From: Somniosus microcephalus
Taxonomy: Eukaryota
Length of the DNA: 64,000 bases
Reading direction: 5' to 3'
Assembly: GCA_052327205.1 (NCBI GenBank)
Contig: CM126226.1
Location: 11,594,001-11,658,000 of the forward strand
Shown here: positions 49,952 to 61,295 of the stretch, piece by piece
Layout of the letters: every line of letters starts with the position of its first letter
Position numbering within the stretch: the first letter of the stretch is position 1
The notes under the pieces: model-generated
Told to the model about the DNA's origin: nothing
Seen by the model: the letters and a program-made list of their open reading frames with translations, nothing else
Database searches by the model: none
Program-made: the position numbers and the translations under genes

Positions 49952-50120
49952 CAGTGTTCCCTCTAAGCTGTGCAAGTGCACGCAGTAATCTGCAAGGTCC
50001 CGCGCAGGCCGCTCACGAGCTTTTACATTGGAAGTCCCGCACTTGCGCAGAAATTTAGAAGGACCATGCATTGAAAGAAACAGGCCGCGCAGATCAAAGC
50101 GCAGCTTACAGGGAACATTG
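49952..50120. mobile_element. hAT-type MITE (169 bp)
   Basis: TIRs cagtgttccctctaagctgtgc / gcgcagcttacagggaacattg; exact 8-bp TSD accagcac at 49944-49951 and 50121-50128. Confidence 0.88.
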
Positions 50121-50407
50121 ACCAGCACAATATAGTCCCATTGTCTCATGTTTGTTCACATGTTGTTTATGGAATAGCTGTCTGCGAAGACAGATCTCCT
50201 CAGACTTTGTCCCATTTGAGAGCGTGATTGGTAAGAGCTCCTTCCTGCAACTTTTCCAACACAACTGTCCAGCAGACAGTATTTTATCACATTGTAAACC
50301 TAAAAAAAAACACTTACAAACAGTGTGGGACATAATATTAAACATTATAGAGCCCACTCTGGTCAAGTAAGTAAGGATGTGTGACACAACAAGGTCTTGT
50401 ATACGAT

Positions 50408-50545
50408 AGCAAAATACTGCGGATGCTGGAAATCCAAAATAACAACAGAAAATGCTGGAAAAACTCAGCAGGCCAGGCAACATCCGTGGAGAGAGAAATA
50501 GAGTCAACGTTTCAGGTCGAAACCCTTCTAGTGGAATGTGAAAAA
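50408..50545. mobile_element. Penelope-type terminal-repeat fragment (single arm)
   Basis: gcaaaatactgcggatgctggaaatcc...aaatgctggaaaaactcagcagg...aacgtttcaggtcg; related to 14876-15114. Confidence 0.65.
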
Positions 50546-52547
50546 TCACCTGACCCAAGATAATGGCAGTACAGTGTGAATTTCTTAAAGGGGCAGTGTC
50601 CCCGGTTATTCCCCCTCTCCGGCTCAAACCAGGTGAGCTGGCAATTGTTTTTTATATGGAAGTTGAATTTTTCAGAGACTAGCTATGGCAGGCAATTTAA
50701 TATTATCATAGTTTTACTGCAAAGATTGTAATCAAAATAAAATTTACCTCCAGCAAATTTTGAATTGGATTTAGAGATTGTAGAAACTTTGTTTTGGCAG
50801 CCTCTTTGGTCGAAGATTATATAATTTAGTGATGTGTTTAATATTGATGTCTATTTGAAGAACTTCTGTATTTCTCATTTCAAATAAAGACTAGTTTGAG
50901 GGAATCAGTATCTTGATATTCCTCCGTATTGCCCATCTCGTAATAGAAAGGTAGATAATATTGGCGGGGAAGAGAGTCGGGGCTGGGTGGCATTAACATG
51001 ATTAAATTGGCTCGAATGAACTGGCTTGTATTTTGTTTGTAATCGACTCCTGTTTGATCTAGGTGCTTGAGTTTACAATGTACTTCTGATGATTTGAATA
51101 TAATTTTTACTTTCCAATTGGATTATCCAATAATTTGAATTAAACAATGTGAGTAATGCAATGTAAAAAAAATTGAATTGTCAGGTAATTTAATAAAGCA
51201 ACTTTGAATTAAGAATAGTAGAATGTACTCAAACTGGCAATTTGCAGCATTGAGGCAGGGTTGGTTGTGGAGGAGAGGAGAATTGTATGTATGTTTTAGT
51301 AATTCGTGTTTGATTTTCTTCAGTGTTGTACTGCATACAGTCAATTTTATTATTCTACAATGTTTATGTTTCTTGAGGGGGGGGAACATTTTAATGAATG
51401 TCTTGGTTTACTTTCACCACGTGCATACAACAGTGAAGAGCAAGTGAACAGATTCATATTTAAGTCACGAAACCAGGTGTGAATTTATTCTTTGAAAGTT
51501 TGGTTTAATTGAAGTAATTTTAACGGACCCTGTTTTAAACTTCTGGGGTTCTATACACAATGCTTTTTGGAGGGGCCAGCAAACTGCAATCAAATACAAA
51601 GTAGCATTTCATAGAATTACAAGTTTGGGCATGGTATGTGCCATAAAATGTTTCTATTTATTTCAGTGGGGCGAACTGAAGCTGCTGTTACAAAACTGAA
51701 AGCAGGTATGGAACTAACAAAGCTCAAAAACAGAATTCAGTATTTATTACATAATAAAACAAATGGTATAATTTAACCTTGGTGCTGCTCCTGTGCACCT
51801 TTACACAAGTGGCTGTTTACATTCCTGGGGACAAGCTCTGTAATTGAGTGACTGTGCGTGGAGAAGTGGCAGTTTTGCTGGCAGTTCAACCTGTTGCACA
51901 ATGAAAATAGAATATCCTAAAGTTAAATGCTTTATCACAACCTTTGCTGTGCAGTAATGCTTTTAGTGAAAGCATCGGTTTATTTTAAACTAATGTTGCG
52001 CTTTTATTTCCAATGCCAAGTGTTGAAATAAGTCCTTTGTACTTTTGATGCACTGATAGTGGTATGAATTCTGCTTTGTGACATGATATTCTTGAATGAC
52101 GTCTATTGCAAGTATGAACTTAAATACAGTTTTTAAATCAAGGAATTCAAATGTTTAGTTGTGCAAGACATTTAAGTGGTAAGGCTGAGTCCTGTGAACA
52201 TAATGATCAAACTTAGAACATCGATGGAGTGTGCTTCAAATTGATCAAATATCAATTCAAACAGAGCTGCCAAATGTTTGCTGTCGTGTCTGCTAAATGC
52301 CCAACTCTTCTCTTGGCTGATTTTGTACATGCCCGTTCTTGCTCACCTTTGCATTTGCTACTCGGCTTCAAAGGGGTTAGTTAATAAGAATGCAACAGTC
52401 TTTTAGAATTTAAAAAGTTTTCTTCTAGCAGTTGATGCTTTGGAGTAAGGCCTTCATTCTGGCCATGTGGACTGGCAGTTTTATGGTATAGCATATGGCT
52501 TTCTACTGGATGAAGTAGTACCTCCAAAGAGTGCTAAAGATATAAAG

Positions 52548-52993
52548 ACTTGCATTTATATAGCAGCTTTCACAACCACTGGATGCCCCAAAGCTCTTTA
52601 CAGCCAATGAAGTACTTTTTGAAGTGTAGTCACTGTTGTAATGTGGGAAACGCGGCAGCCAGTTTGCGCACAGCAAGCTCCCACAAACAGCAATGTGATA
52701 ATGACCAGATCATTTGTTTTAGTGATATTGATTGAGGGATAAATATTGGCCAGGACACCGTGGATAACTCCCCTGCTCTTCTTCAAAATAGGGCCATAGG
52801 ATTTTTTATGTCCACCTGACAGGGCCTCGGTTTAATGTCTCATCTGAAAGACAGCACCTCCGACAGTGCAGCACTTCCTCAGTATTGCACTGGAGTGTTA
52901 GCCTAGATTTTTGTGCTCAAGTCTCTGGAGTGGGATTTGAAGCCACAACCTTCTGACTCAGGCGAGGGTACAACCCACTGAGCCACAGCTGAC
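52548..52993 (-). mobile_element. Deu-domain tRNA-SINE (SacSINE1/AmnSINE1-related)
   Basis: Reverse complement contains gatgagacattaaaccgaggcc and ggtgtcctggccaatatttatccc (Deu core as recalled), a B-box-like head and an L2-like tail tatataaatgcaagt. Confidence 0.8.
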
Positions 52994-53079
52994 AGAAAAA
53001 TAAATCCTGTGGCTAATTACCATAATCTGTGGTATATTAGCTCACCTTTATTGTGGGACTTTGAAATGCGGCTCATATC

Positions 53080-53530
53080 TCAGCTGCACCAAATCCTATG
53101 CACCCATTACCCCTGTGCTTACCGACCTAGGTGGCTTTTGGTCCACCAATGCCTTGAATTTAAAATTCTCATCCTCGTGTTCAAATCTTTCCATGGCCTT
53201 GCACCTCTATCTCTAACAGCCTTCAGCCCTACAACCCTTCAAGAACTCTACGTTCCTGCAACTCTGGCCTCTTGTGCATCCACCATTCCCTTTGCCCCAC
53301 CATTGGCGGCTGTGCCTTCAGCTGTATAGGCCCTAAGCTCTGTAATTCCCTCACTAAACCTTTCCTTCTTTAAGGCCCTCCTTAAAACCTACCTCTTTGC
53401 CCAAGCTTTTAGTCACCTCGCCTAATATGTCATCTTTGGCTTGGTATCAATTTAGTCTATTACGTTCCCCCTGAAGCACCTTGAGACCTTTTCCTACGTT
53501 AAAGGTGCTGTGTAAATGCAAGTTGTTGTT
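53080..53530 (+). mobile_element. L2-type LINE 3' fragment (partial second copy at 53648-53742)
   Basis: EFKILILVFKSFHGLAP and end aaaggtgctgtgtaaatgcaagttgttgtt. Confidence 0.8.
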
Positions 53531-54134
53531 GAGTGCAGGGAAGCATGTTGTACAGCAGTATCACCTTTAAGAAAATACAGGCTCTTTTGAGTATTGTTCA
53601 GAAATATAGACGCTATAAATACATAGCATACGATGAGTTCATTTTTTACAACCTTTCAAGAACCTCTGTCCCTCCTTGTGCACCCACCACTCCCTTCGCC
53701 CCACCATTGGCGGCTGTGCCTTCAGCTGTCTAAGCCCTAAGCAGCTCTAGTTTTGTGAATGTGTGATCATTTTACAGTGACATCTAATTTTGTTAAAGTT
53801 GCAGCCATAGGCATGACCTTTAAACCAGGTTAAATTTTTTGATAAGCTTGTAAGGTTGTAGAAAATTAGCAATATTGCATTGAAATGTGTCCACGGCCAT
53901 TTGCTGAAGTGTCTGTTTATTCAATCCTGCAGCTTCCACTGGATCTGAACTCGCTACTGTGAAATACCATATAAAACATAGTGTAATTCTCAGTGTGTGT
54001 CGCAGTGTGCAAATATTGACTACTTTTGAATGCAGTATTAAAAAATTCCTCCAGGATTGTGAAAATTATACCTCAGATTGTAAAGAGTATCTCGGGCTTT
54101 GGGTACCATCTGTAACTCAAAGGCTGCAGTGCTT

Positions 54135-56366
54135 TATCATAGAATGGTTACAGCACAGAAGGAGGCCATTCGGCCCCTCAAGCCTGTGCCGGCTCTCTGC
54201 CAGAGCACTTCAGCTAGTCCCATCCCCCGCCCTTTCCCCATAGCTCTGCAATTTTTTTCCCTTCAGGTACTTATCCAACTCCCTTTTGAAAGCCATAATT
54301 GAATCTGCCTCCACCACCCTTTCAGGCAGTGTATTCCAGATCCTAACCACTCACTGCATGAAAAGGTTTTTCCTCATGTCGCCTTTGGTTCTTTTGCCAA
54401 TCACTTTAAAATTCTGTCCTCTGGTTCTCGACCCTTCCGCCAATGGGAACCGTTTCTATCTACTCTGTCTAGACCTCTCATAATTTTGATCACCTCTATC
54501 AAATCTCCTCTCAACCTTCTCTGCTCTAAGGAGAACGACCCCAGCTTCTCCAGTCTATCCATGTAACTGAAGCCCCTTATCCCTGGAAGCATTCTTGTAA
54601 ATCTTTTCTGCACCCTCTCTAAGGCCTTCACATCCTTCCTAGAGTGCGGTGCCCAGAATTGGACACAATACTCCAGTTAAGGCCAAACCAGTGTTTTATA
54701 CAGGTTCATCATAACTTCCTTGCTTTTGTACTCTATGCCTCTATTAATAAAGCCCAGGAATCCCATAAGCTTTTTTAACCGCTTTCTCAACCTGCCCTGT
54801 CGCCTTCAACGATTTGTGCACATATACCCCAGATCTTTCTGTTCCTGCACCCCCTTTAGAATTATACCCTTTGGTTTATATTACCTCTCCTCGTTCTTCC
54901 TATCAAAATGTATCACTTCACACTTTTCTGCGTTAAATTTCATCTGCCACGTGTCCACCCATTCCACCAACCTGTCTATGTCCTCTTGAAGTCTATCACT
55001 ATCCTCCTCAACTGTTCACGATACTTCCAAGTTTTGTGTCATCTGCAAATTTTGAAATTGTGCCCTGTACACCCAAGTCCAAGTCATTCATGTATATCAA
55101 GAAAAGCAGTGGTCTTCGTACCGACCCCTGGGGAACACCTTCCTCCAGTCCGAAAAACAACCATTCACCACTATTCTCTTGTTTCCTGTCACTTAGCCAA
55201 TTTTGTATCCATGTTCCCACTGTCCCTTTTATTCCATGGACTTCAACTTTGATGGCAAGTCTATTCTGTGGCACTTTATTAAACATCTTTTGGATGTCCA
55301 TGTACACCACATCAACCCTCTCCGTTACCTCATCAAAAAACTCAATCAAGTTAGTGAAACACGATTTGCCTTTAACAAATCTGTGCAAGCTTTCCTTAAT
55401 TAATCCACACTTGTCCAAGTGACTGTTAATTTTGTCCCTGATTATCATTTCTAAAAGCTTCCCCACCACCGAGGTTAAACTGACTGGCCTGTAGTTGCTG
55501 GGTTTATCCTTACACCCTTGTTCAAAAAAAGGGTGCAACATTTGCAATTCTCCAGTCCTCTGGCACCAACCCCGGTATCTAAGGAGGATTGGAAGATAAT
55601 GGCCAGTACCTCTGCAGTTTCCACCTTTTACTTCCTAGGATGCATCCCATCCGGTCCTGGTGACTTATCTACTTTAAGTACAGCCAGCCTTTCTAGAACC
55701 TCCTTTTTATTAATTATTAGCCCACCCAATATTTCACCTACCTCCTCTTTCACTGTGACTTAGGGCAGCATCTTCTTCCTTGGTAAAGGCAGATGCAAAG
55801 TACTCATTTAGTACCTCAGCCATGTCCTCTGCCTCATACGTAGGCCTCCATTTTGATCCCTAATCCGCCCCACCCCTCCTTACTACCCGTTTACTATTTA
55901 TATGCCTATAAAAGACTTTTGGATTCCCTTTTATGTTAGCTGCCAGTCTATTCTCATACTCCCTCTTAGCCCCTCTTATTTCCTTTTTCACGTCCCCTCT
56001 GAACTTTCTATATTCAGCCTGGTTATCACTTGTATTCTCAACCTGACATCTGTCATATGCCCCTCCCCCTTTTCTGCTTCATCTTGCTCTCTATCTCTTT
56101 TTTGTCATCCAGGGAGCTCTGGCTTTGGTTGCTCCACCTCCCCCCCCCCCCCCCCCCCCCCCCCTCTTGGGAATGTACCTCGACTGTACCCGAACCATCT
56201 CCTCTTTAAAGTCAGCCCATTGTTCGATTACAGTTTTGCCTGCCAATCCTTGATTCCAGTTTACCCGGGCCAGATCCGTTCTCAACCCACTGAAATTGGC
56301 CCTCCTCAAAATAAGTATTTTTACTCTAGATTGCTCCTTGTCCTTTTCCATAACTAATCTAAACTT
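54135..56366 (-). mobile_element. CR1 LINE, 5'-truncated, about 2.2 kb
   Basis: NYRPVSLTSVVGKLLE, GKSCFTNLIEFF, ISKFADDTKLG, ALERVQKRFTRM; tail atcatagaatgg. Confidence 0.92.
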
Positions 56367-57125
56367 CTAGACAAAGCTACGTAATCAATAATTGTTTTAT
56401 TATGCTTTGGCCAGAATTATTTAGCAATGCTTCAGGTCAGTGAGTACCTTAAAGACGAGACATGAGAACCCATTATAGCAACACTTCAAGGGTAATAGTC
56501 TTTAGGATTCGCTTATATAGGTTGTCGCTTTCAAGAAGTGATTTTGGAAGGCAACAGGGCGGTTCAGTTCATTCCCTGTGTTCGGAGCCCGTCACTTTCA
56601 CGGTCCTGATCTAAGTACAAACTGCATACATTATAGCACTGTTTGGTACTTTAAAGATGAGCATGTAGACTTAAAAGTGAATGTGGAAAGCTTTATTTCA
56701 TTTAAAAGGTTTTTTTTATGTATTAAATTAATGTAATTCATTAAACTAGCCAAAACAACAATTCTGCATTTTCCTAGTTGGCATCACAATAAAAATGTTA
56801 GTGGTTCAGACTGCGATAAGAGCAAAGTTATTAAATTAACTTTAATTTTAGAAACCAAAATATTTCCTATGGTCTGATCAGGATCAGCAACTGAGACCTG
56901 GGTAGCTGAATGGCTTTTTCTCCCTCCGTTGCTATATTTCTGTGTTATGTTCCTGGAGAGGTTGCCAATGAGTGACCTGTAAAAACTGTCAAGTATTTTG
57001 TGTTACAATGTAACTAGCTTATATTTTGTTTACAATAAGGATTAAATATATAATTTACATAAACTATTGATTTGTGTAAACAATGGGTATAGATGCTAAA
57101 ATGTGCTGCCTTTTTGCTCTCACAG

Positions 57126-57845
57126 AAGAGAAACCAAAGCAGGAACCAGTGGTGAAAAGTGTTTCACCGGACATCAGATCGGAAACTGTTATAGAAAAGA
57201 AAGAGATTGATGGAGAACCTCCTGATCCTGTCCCTTTACAAGTGGAGGAAGAAGAGGAGGAGGAAGAGGAGGAGGAAGAGGCAAGGGCAGAATCTGCTTC
57301 TAGCAATTCACTGGTAGTTTCTGTTTTCCCAGCTTTGGATTCTGCTGAGGAGTCTGGGCCATCCATTCCCAAAGAGGAGCAGAACCCTGTACCTAACTTA
57401 TGTTTGCATACGGAGGTGGAAGATGATAAACAAGAAGAGCAGGCCAGTGAAGATCTACCTGTAGAAGTGATTGTTACTCCAGCTGAGGAAATCATAGTAC
57501 CTGCTGCTGTTAATACAATTAAAGATGTGAATGGCATTGCAGGACAGGAAGAAACACAAAGCACCTTAGAAAGTGTATCACAAGACCTTCCTCCATTGTC
57601 TGCTAATGTGGAGATTGCAGACATTCTTCGGACAGAAGCAAAGGTGGAGATGCCACCTTCCCCTGTTGCTGTTTGCACCAGCCTGGAAGTCCCAGCAGAG
57701 GAAGAGGACAGCGAGGAAGCTCCGGTTAGTGACGACAAAGATCAAGATGTGGAAAGCAAGGAATCTGCTGAAGTGGAGGAGAAAGAGGTAGAGGAAAATG
57801 AATCACAACAATTAAACTCCAAACCCCCCCCAGAGATTGTGTATG
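57126..57845 (+). CDS. EIF4G3: EIF4G3 large acidic disordered exon EEKPKQEPVVKSVSP...QQLNSKPPPEIVY (720 nt, phase 1-1)
   Basis: Acceptor tttttgctctcacag, donor ATG|gtaggt; lies within ORF 57083-57910. Its start matches human EEKPKPDPVLKSPSP; it contains a 12-Glu run at 57245-57280. Confidence 0.9.
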
Positions 57846-58321
57846 GTAGGTTTGCATTGAATAAGACTGTCTGTACAATATCAGATCTTTATGAAAATGT
57901 TTTCTTTTAATGTGTGTAACATCATGAAAATAACCAAGAAATATGGCAAGTTTTTTCTAGGTTTGGTGAATGTTTCCCAATTGTCTCCACAATTTTCTAT
58001 TTGAGTATTAGCAGTTGAGATATTACTAAAGAGAGAGTATTTAAAGCTTTTGTGCTTGCATATTATGCCAGTGGAGTGACAAACATCTGGTAGTTTTAGT
58101 TTTGCTATAGCTAACATTCAAACCCCAGTAAAATTTGGTGAATTAAGTTATTAACCTGGTTATTTGGTTATATTGATCTTTGTATTATCATTCATGTATT
58201 GATTTTTTTTCCATTACTGTACTACAGAAAGCAAAAATAGACATATGGATGGATATAACTCGACTGATACTGAAATCTGATTACTGAGACCGGGGGAGGG
58301 AATTATTTTAATTAAACTTTG

Positions 58322-58725
58322 AAGGCTCCCCCAATAGCATAGCTGGTATAATCTAGTGTGTAATGGAGCCATGTAGACCACAAAGGTTCCAGGTTCAATC
58401 CTTGGTCTGTCCTGATTGTACCCAAGAGAATAGTACCCAAAATTGGCCTCAAAATCCATGGGTTAGGGAGGAGGAAATGGGCCACGGTTTCTGCTCTGAT
58501 CACTGGGCAGTAATCCCTCCTGAAAGTGCACGTGTGTGGACTTTGGTTGAGGACCGGATTGGGCTAAGTTATGACATCCCTTACGACCAAATTGCCTGCT
58601 GATGCGCACTGTCCAGGTTCATGCATAAATAATGACCGCTTGGGTGAGATACCAAAGGGCAATTGCCACCAATGGAACCATTCCCTGGCAAAGTGTCAGT
58701 ACCTTCAGGGGTAAAAGTTGGCAAG
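58322..58725 (+). mobile_element. tRNA-SINE family B (AmnSINE2-like, from memory)
   Basis: gagccatgtagaccacaaaggttccaggttcaatcc head with B-box; aattggcctc...gggttagggagg body; other copies at 8955, 14690 and 32790. Confidence 0.65.
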
Positions 58726-59289
58726 ATGTTCTAAGAAATATGAGTAAACCTTAATGTACACATTCATTTCACACAGAGCCTTCTGCCTCATGAAGGTTTT
58801 TGGTTAATCTCTGGATTTTAAGTAGGCGAGGCATTATAAAATGAACTTTGTGACTTTGCTTTTAATGCAGGATGAATAATTTTAACCAGCTTCAGCTCTC
58901 GACTAGACCAGATTAGTAGCGTGTGTAGGAAACTACTGCTCTTTGTGGTACAGTCCATCACAATGATTTGTGTATTCACAGTAATGTAACCGCTTGTGCT
59001 CCCAACCTGGGAACCATGCTAACCTAGTTAATGGTTTACAACCACAAAGCTTCACTTTTCATCAAAAGAGATGAACGTTTTGTAGAAATGTGAGATGAAG
59101 GATTTAAATCATTAGTAAAGTAGTATATTTATGCACAAAGTTTTGAATTGGACTAAAACGATGATGGAAAAAGTGTATTGCAAGACATCATGGCCATGTT
59201 TGATCAAATTGCAAAGACCCCACTATAACTCTTAGAATCCATAATTAATGAGTGTTTAAAGATGCATGAGAGGTGATGCACTTTAGCAG

Positions 59290-59960
59290 GAAAAACAAGA
59301 AATAGGAACATAAACTGAATGGAAATGTGCTGAAAGCTGTGAGGGAACAGAGACATAGGGATCTAAATATGTAATTCCTTGCAAATATAGGTAGATAAAG
59401 CTATAAAAAGGCCAACGACATTTTGGGTTTTATAAATAAGGGTACAGAGTACAAGAATGAACAGATTATAATAAATTTGTACAAGTCTATGCTTTGATCA
59501 CAGTTACAGAACTATGTGCAAATGTGGACACCCCATAATAGAAAGGGCATTAAAGCTACAGAGAGCATACAGAAAAGATTCACCAGGATGATACCAGGGA
59601 TGAGAAACTAGATCCGAGGAGAGTCTTGAGTTACATGGGCTAATTTCACTGGGACAGAGAAGACTAAAGAGATGATAAAGATGTTTTGCAGGTATGAAGG
59701 ATTTTGATGGGGTGAATAGGGAAAGACTATTTCCTTTGGTTAGGGAGTCAGTGGTGAGAGGCCAGCAATTTAACATTTCTACTGAGTGTGTGGCAAGGAA
59801 TGCTTTGCCACAGGGAGTAGTTGAATCATCTTTTAAGGGCTCTGGGGAAGAGAGCAAGGCAGTGAAATTAGTTTTGGATTGCTCTAGTAAAGAGCCGGCA
59901 AAGACAGGATGTGTTGAATAGCCTTCTGTGCGGTAAACTGCGATCAGTTCTATGGTACTG
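59290..59960 (+). mobile_element. Degenerate CR1 3' fragment
   Basis: MKDFDGVNRERLFPLV and agattcaccaggatgataccaggg remnants. Confidence 0.7.
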
Positions 59961-60960
59961 TACTGCAACCACTAGAGGCCTGGTGGAGCCCAGTAAAAGA
60001 AAATGAATGTCCCGTCTTTAATAACTCTTTAAAACAATCACGTGAGTTCAGTTCTGTCTGTGTGTGCACTGTTGTACATGTTCACAGATGGAATTTTCTA
60101 ATTGTGTTTTAAAAGTGAATATGGCATTTTGAATCGCAGAATGGAGGTATCTTCTTGTATAAGATGATGCTGTGTTGGGGTTGAGGGTAAACTGCAATCA
60201 GCAATGCAGGAGTCAGCAGTGCAATTGCCCAATGAATGAATGCTGGCTTGTGATCAATATTACTGATCTGAATTCCCCCCCCCCCCTCCCCTGATATATG
60301 GAGGATAGTTTGTACCTGCCTGGAACTTCACTGTGAGGGAACTTCTGTTCTAACCATTGTTATAAATAGTTTCTATTGTATTGCTGAAAGTTCTGCAATG
60401 TTTCTTCCAAAACAGTATTAACCATTCACTTTGGGTCCTGTGCAGCTGTCCCTTTTTAAAAACTTGTCTCGCAGTTAATAATGTCAGTCTTGTTACTGGG
60501 TACAAGAATGGATCAGTGCCCCATATTTCATTGTTATGTTTTGCTTTTACATTATCCTCTCCTTCATCCTAAGGACACAATCCCAGCTGCCTTCGCTATT
60601 CAAATCAATTATTTTTCCTATAGAATGTCTGTCACATTGTGGGTCATTTACTGGCTGGACTATAGCTCTTTATTGTGGCAGAATTCAGTAACCGCAGAAG
60701 CTGAAGAGTTTGTAGCCTCTTTGGACAATCTGTGGAAAATGTGTACTTTTAGTTTTTTTTTTTTCTTTTTTTGTTAAATATGGTTGTTTGAATGACCTGT
60801 CAGTTTTAACTAAGGTTTTTTTTCTGTTCAGTGTTGCTCAAACTGTGACATAATACCAATAAATTGGGCTTGGACCAGGGTCTGGTGGTTGATTTATAGC
60901 CTTTGAGGACTAGTAACAGATTCACACCATGTGGGAACTTTGACTATCAAATACAATATA

Positions 60961-61295
60961 CAGGAAATTTTGTGCTATCCGGCACCGACGGGACCGAGCT
61001 GTTGCCGTACCATCAAAACTGCCGGACAAACCAGCGCTAATGTTGAAACATATGGAGATTTTGAGCTCCGTATCTGGCAACAAACCCTGTTGCTTAGCAA
61101 CAGCTTCTAAACAGTCGGCCGTACCTTGCAAGCGTCTCTGTAGCTTAGCAACAGCTTCAGCGAGACCTTGCGGAGCCTGACTGGTGGAAAAAAAAAGCAA
61201 CGAAAAGAAAAAAAATCTAACGAAACGGCTCCTGGTTTTTGCCGGTGGCTCGAGCATTCCGGACAGTTAACCTCCGGATAAACCAGAGTTTCCTG
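60961..61295. mobile_element. Tc1/mariner-pogo-type MITE
   Basis: TA|caggaaatttt...tatccggcacc ... ccggataaaccagagtttcctg|TA; same termini family as 24208-24969. Confidence 0.8.

Noticed and set aside
57064-57738. 224-aa Ser-rich minus-strand ORF
   Set aside because: Antisense shadow of the Glu-rich EIF4G3 exon.
4649-57845. Assignment to EIF4G1
   Set aside because: [33 protein letters not shown] and EEKPK match eIF4G3 rather than eIF4G1 (GGFRSLQ, HFYPSR, KRERKT), as recalled.
57083-57910. Stand-alone 275-aa gene
   Set aside because: The coding part is bounded by splice sites (57126-57845) in phase with upstream EIF4G3 exons; the ORF ends are intronic.
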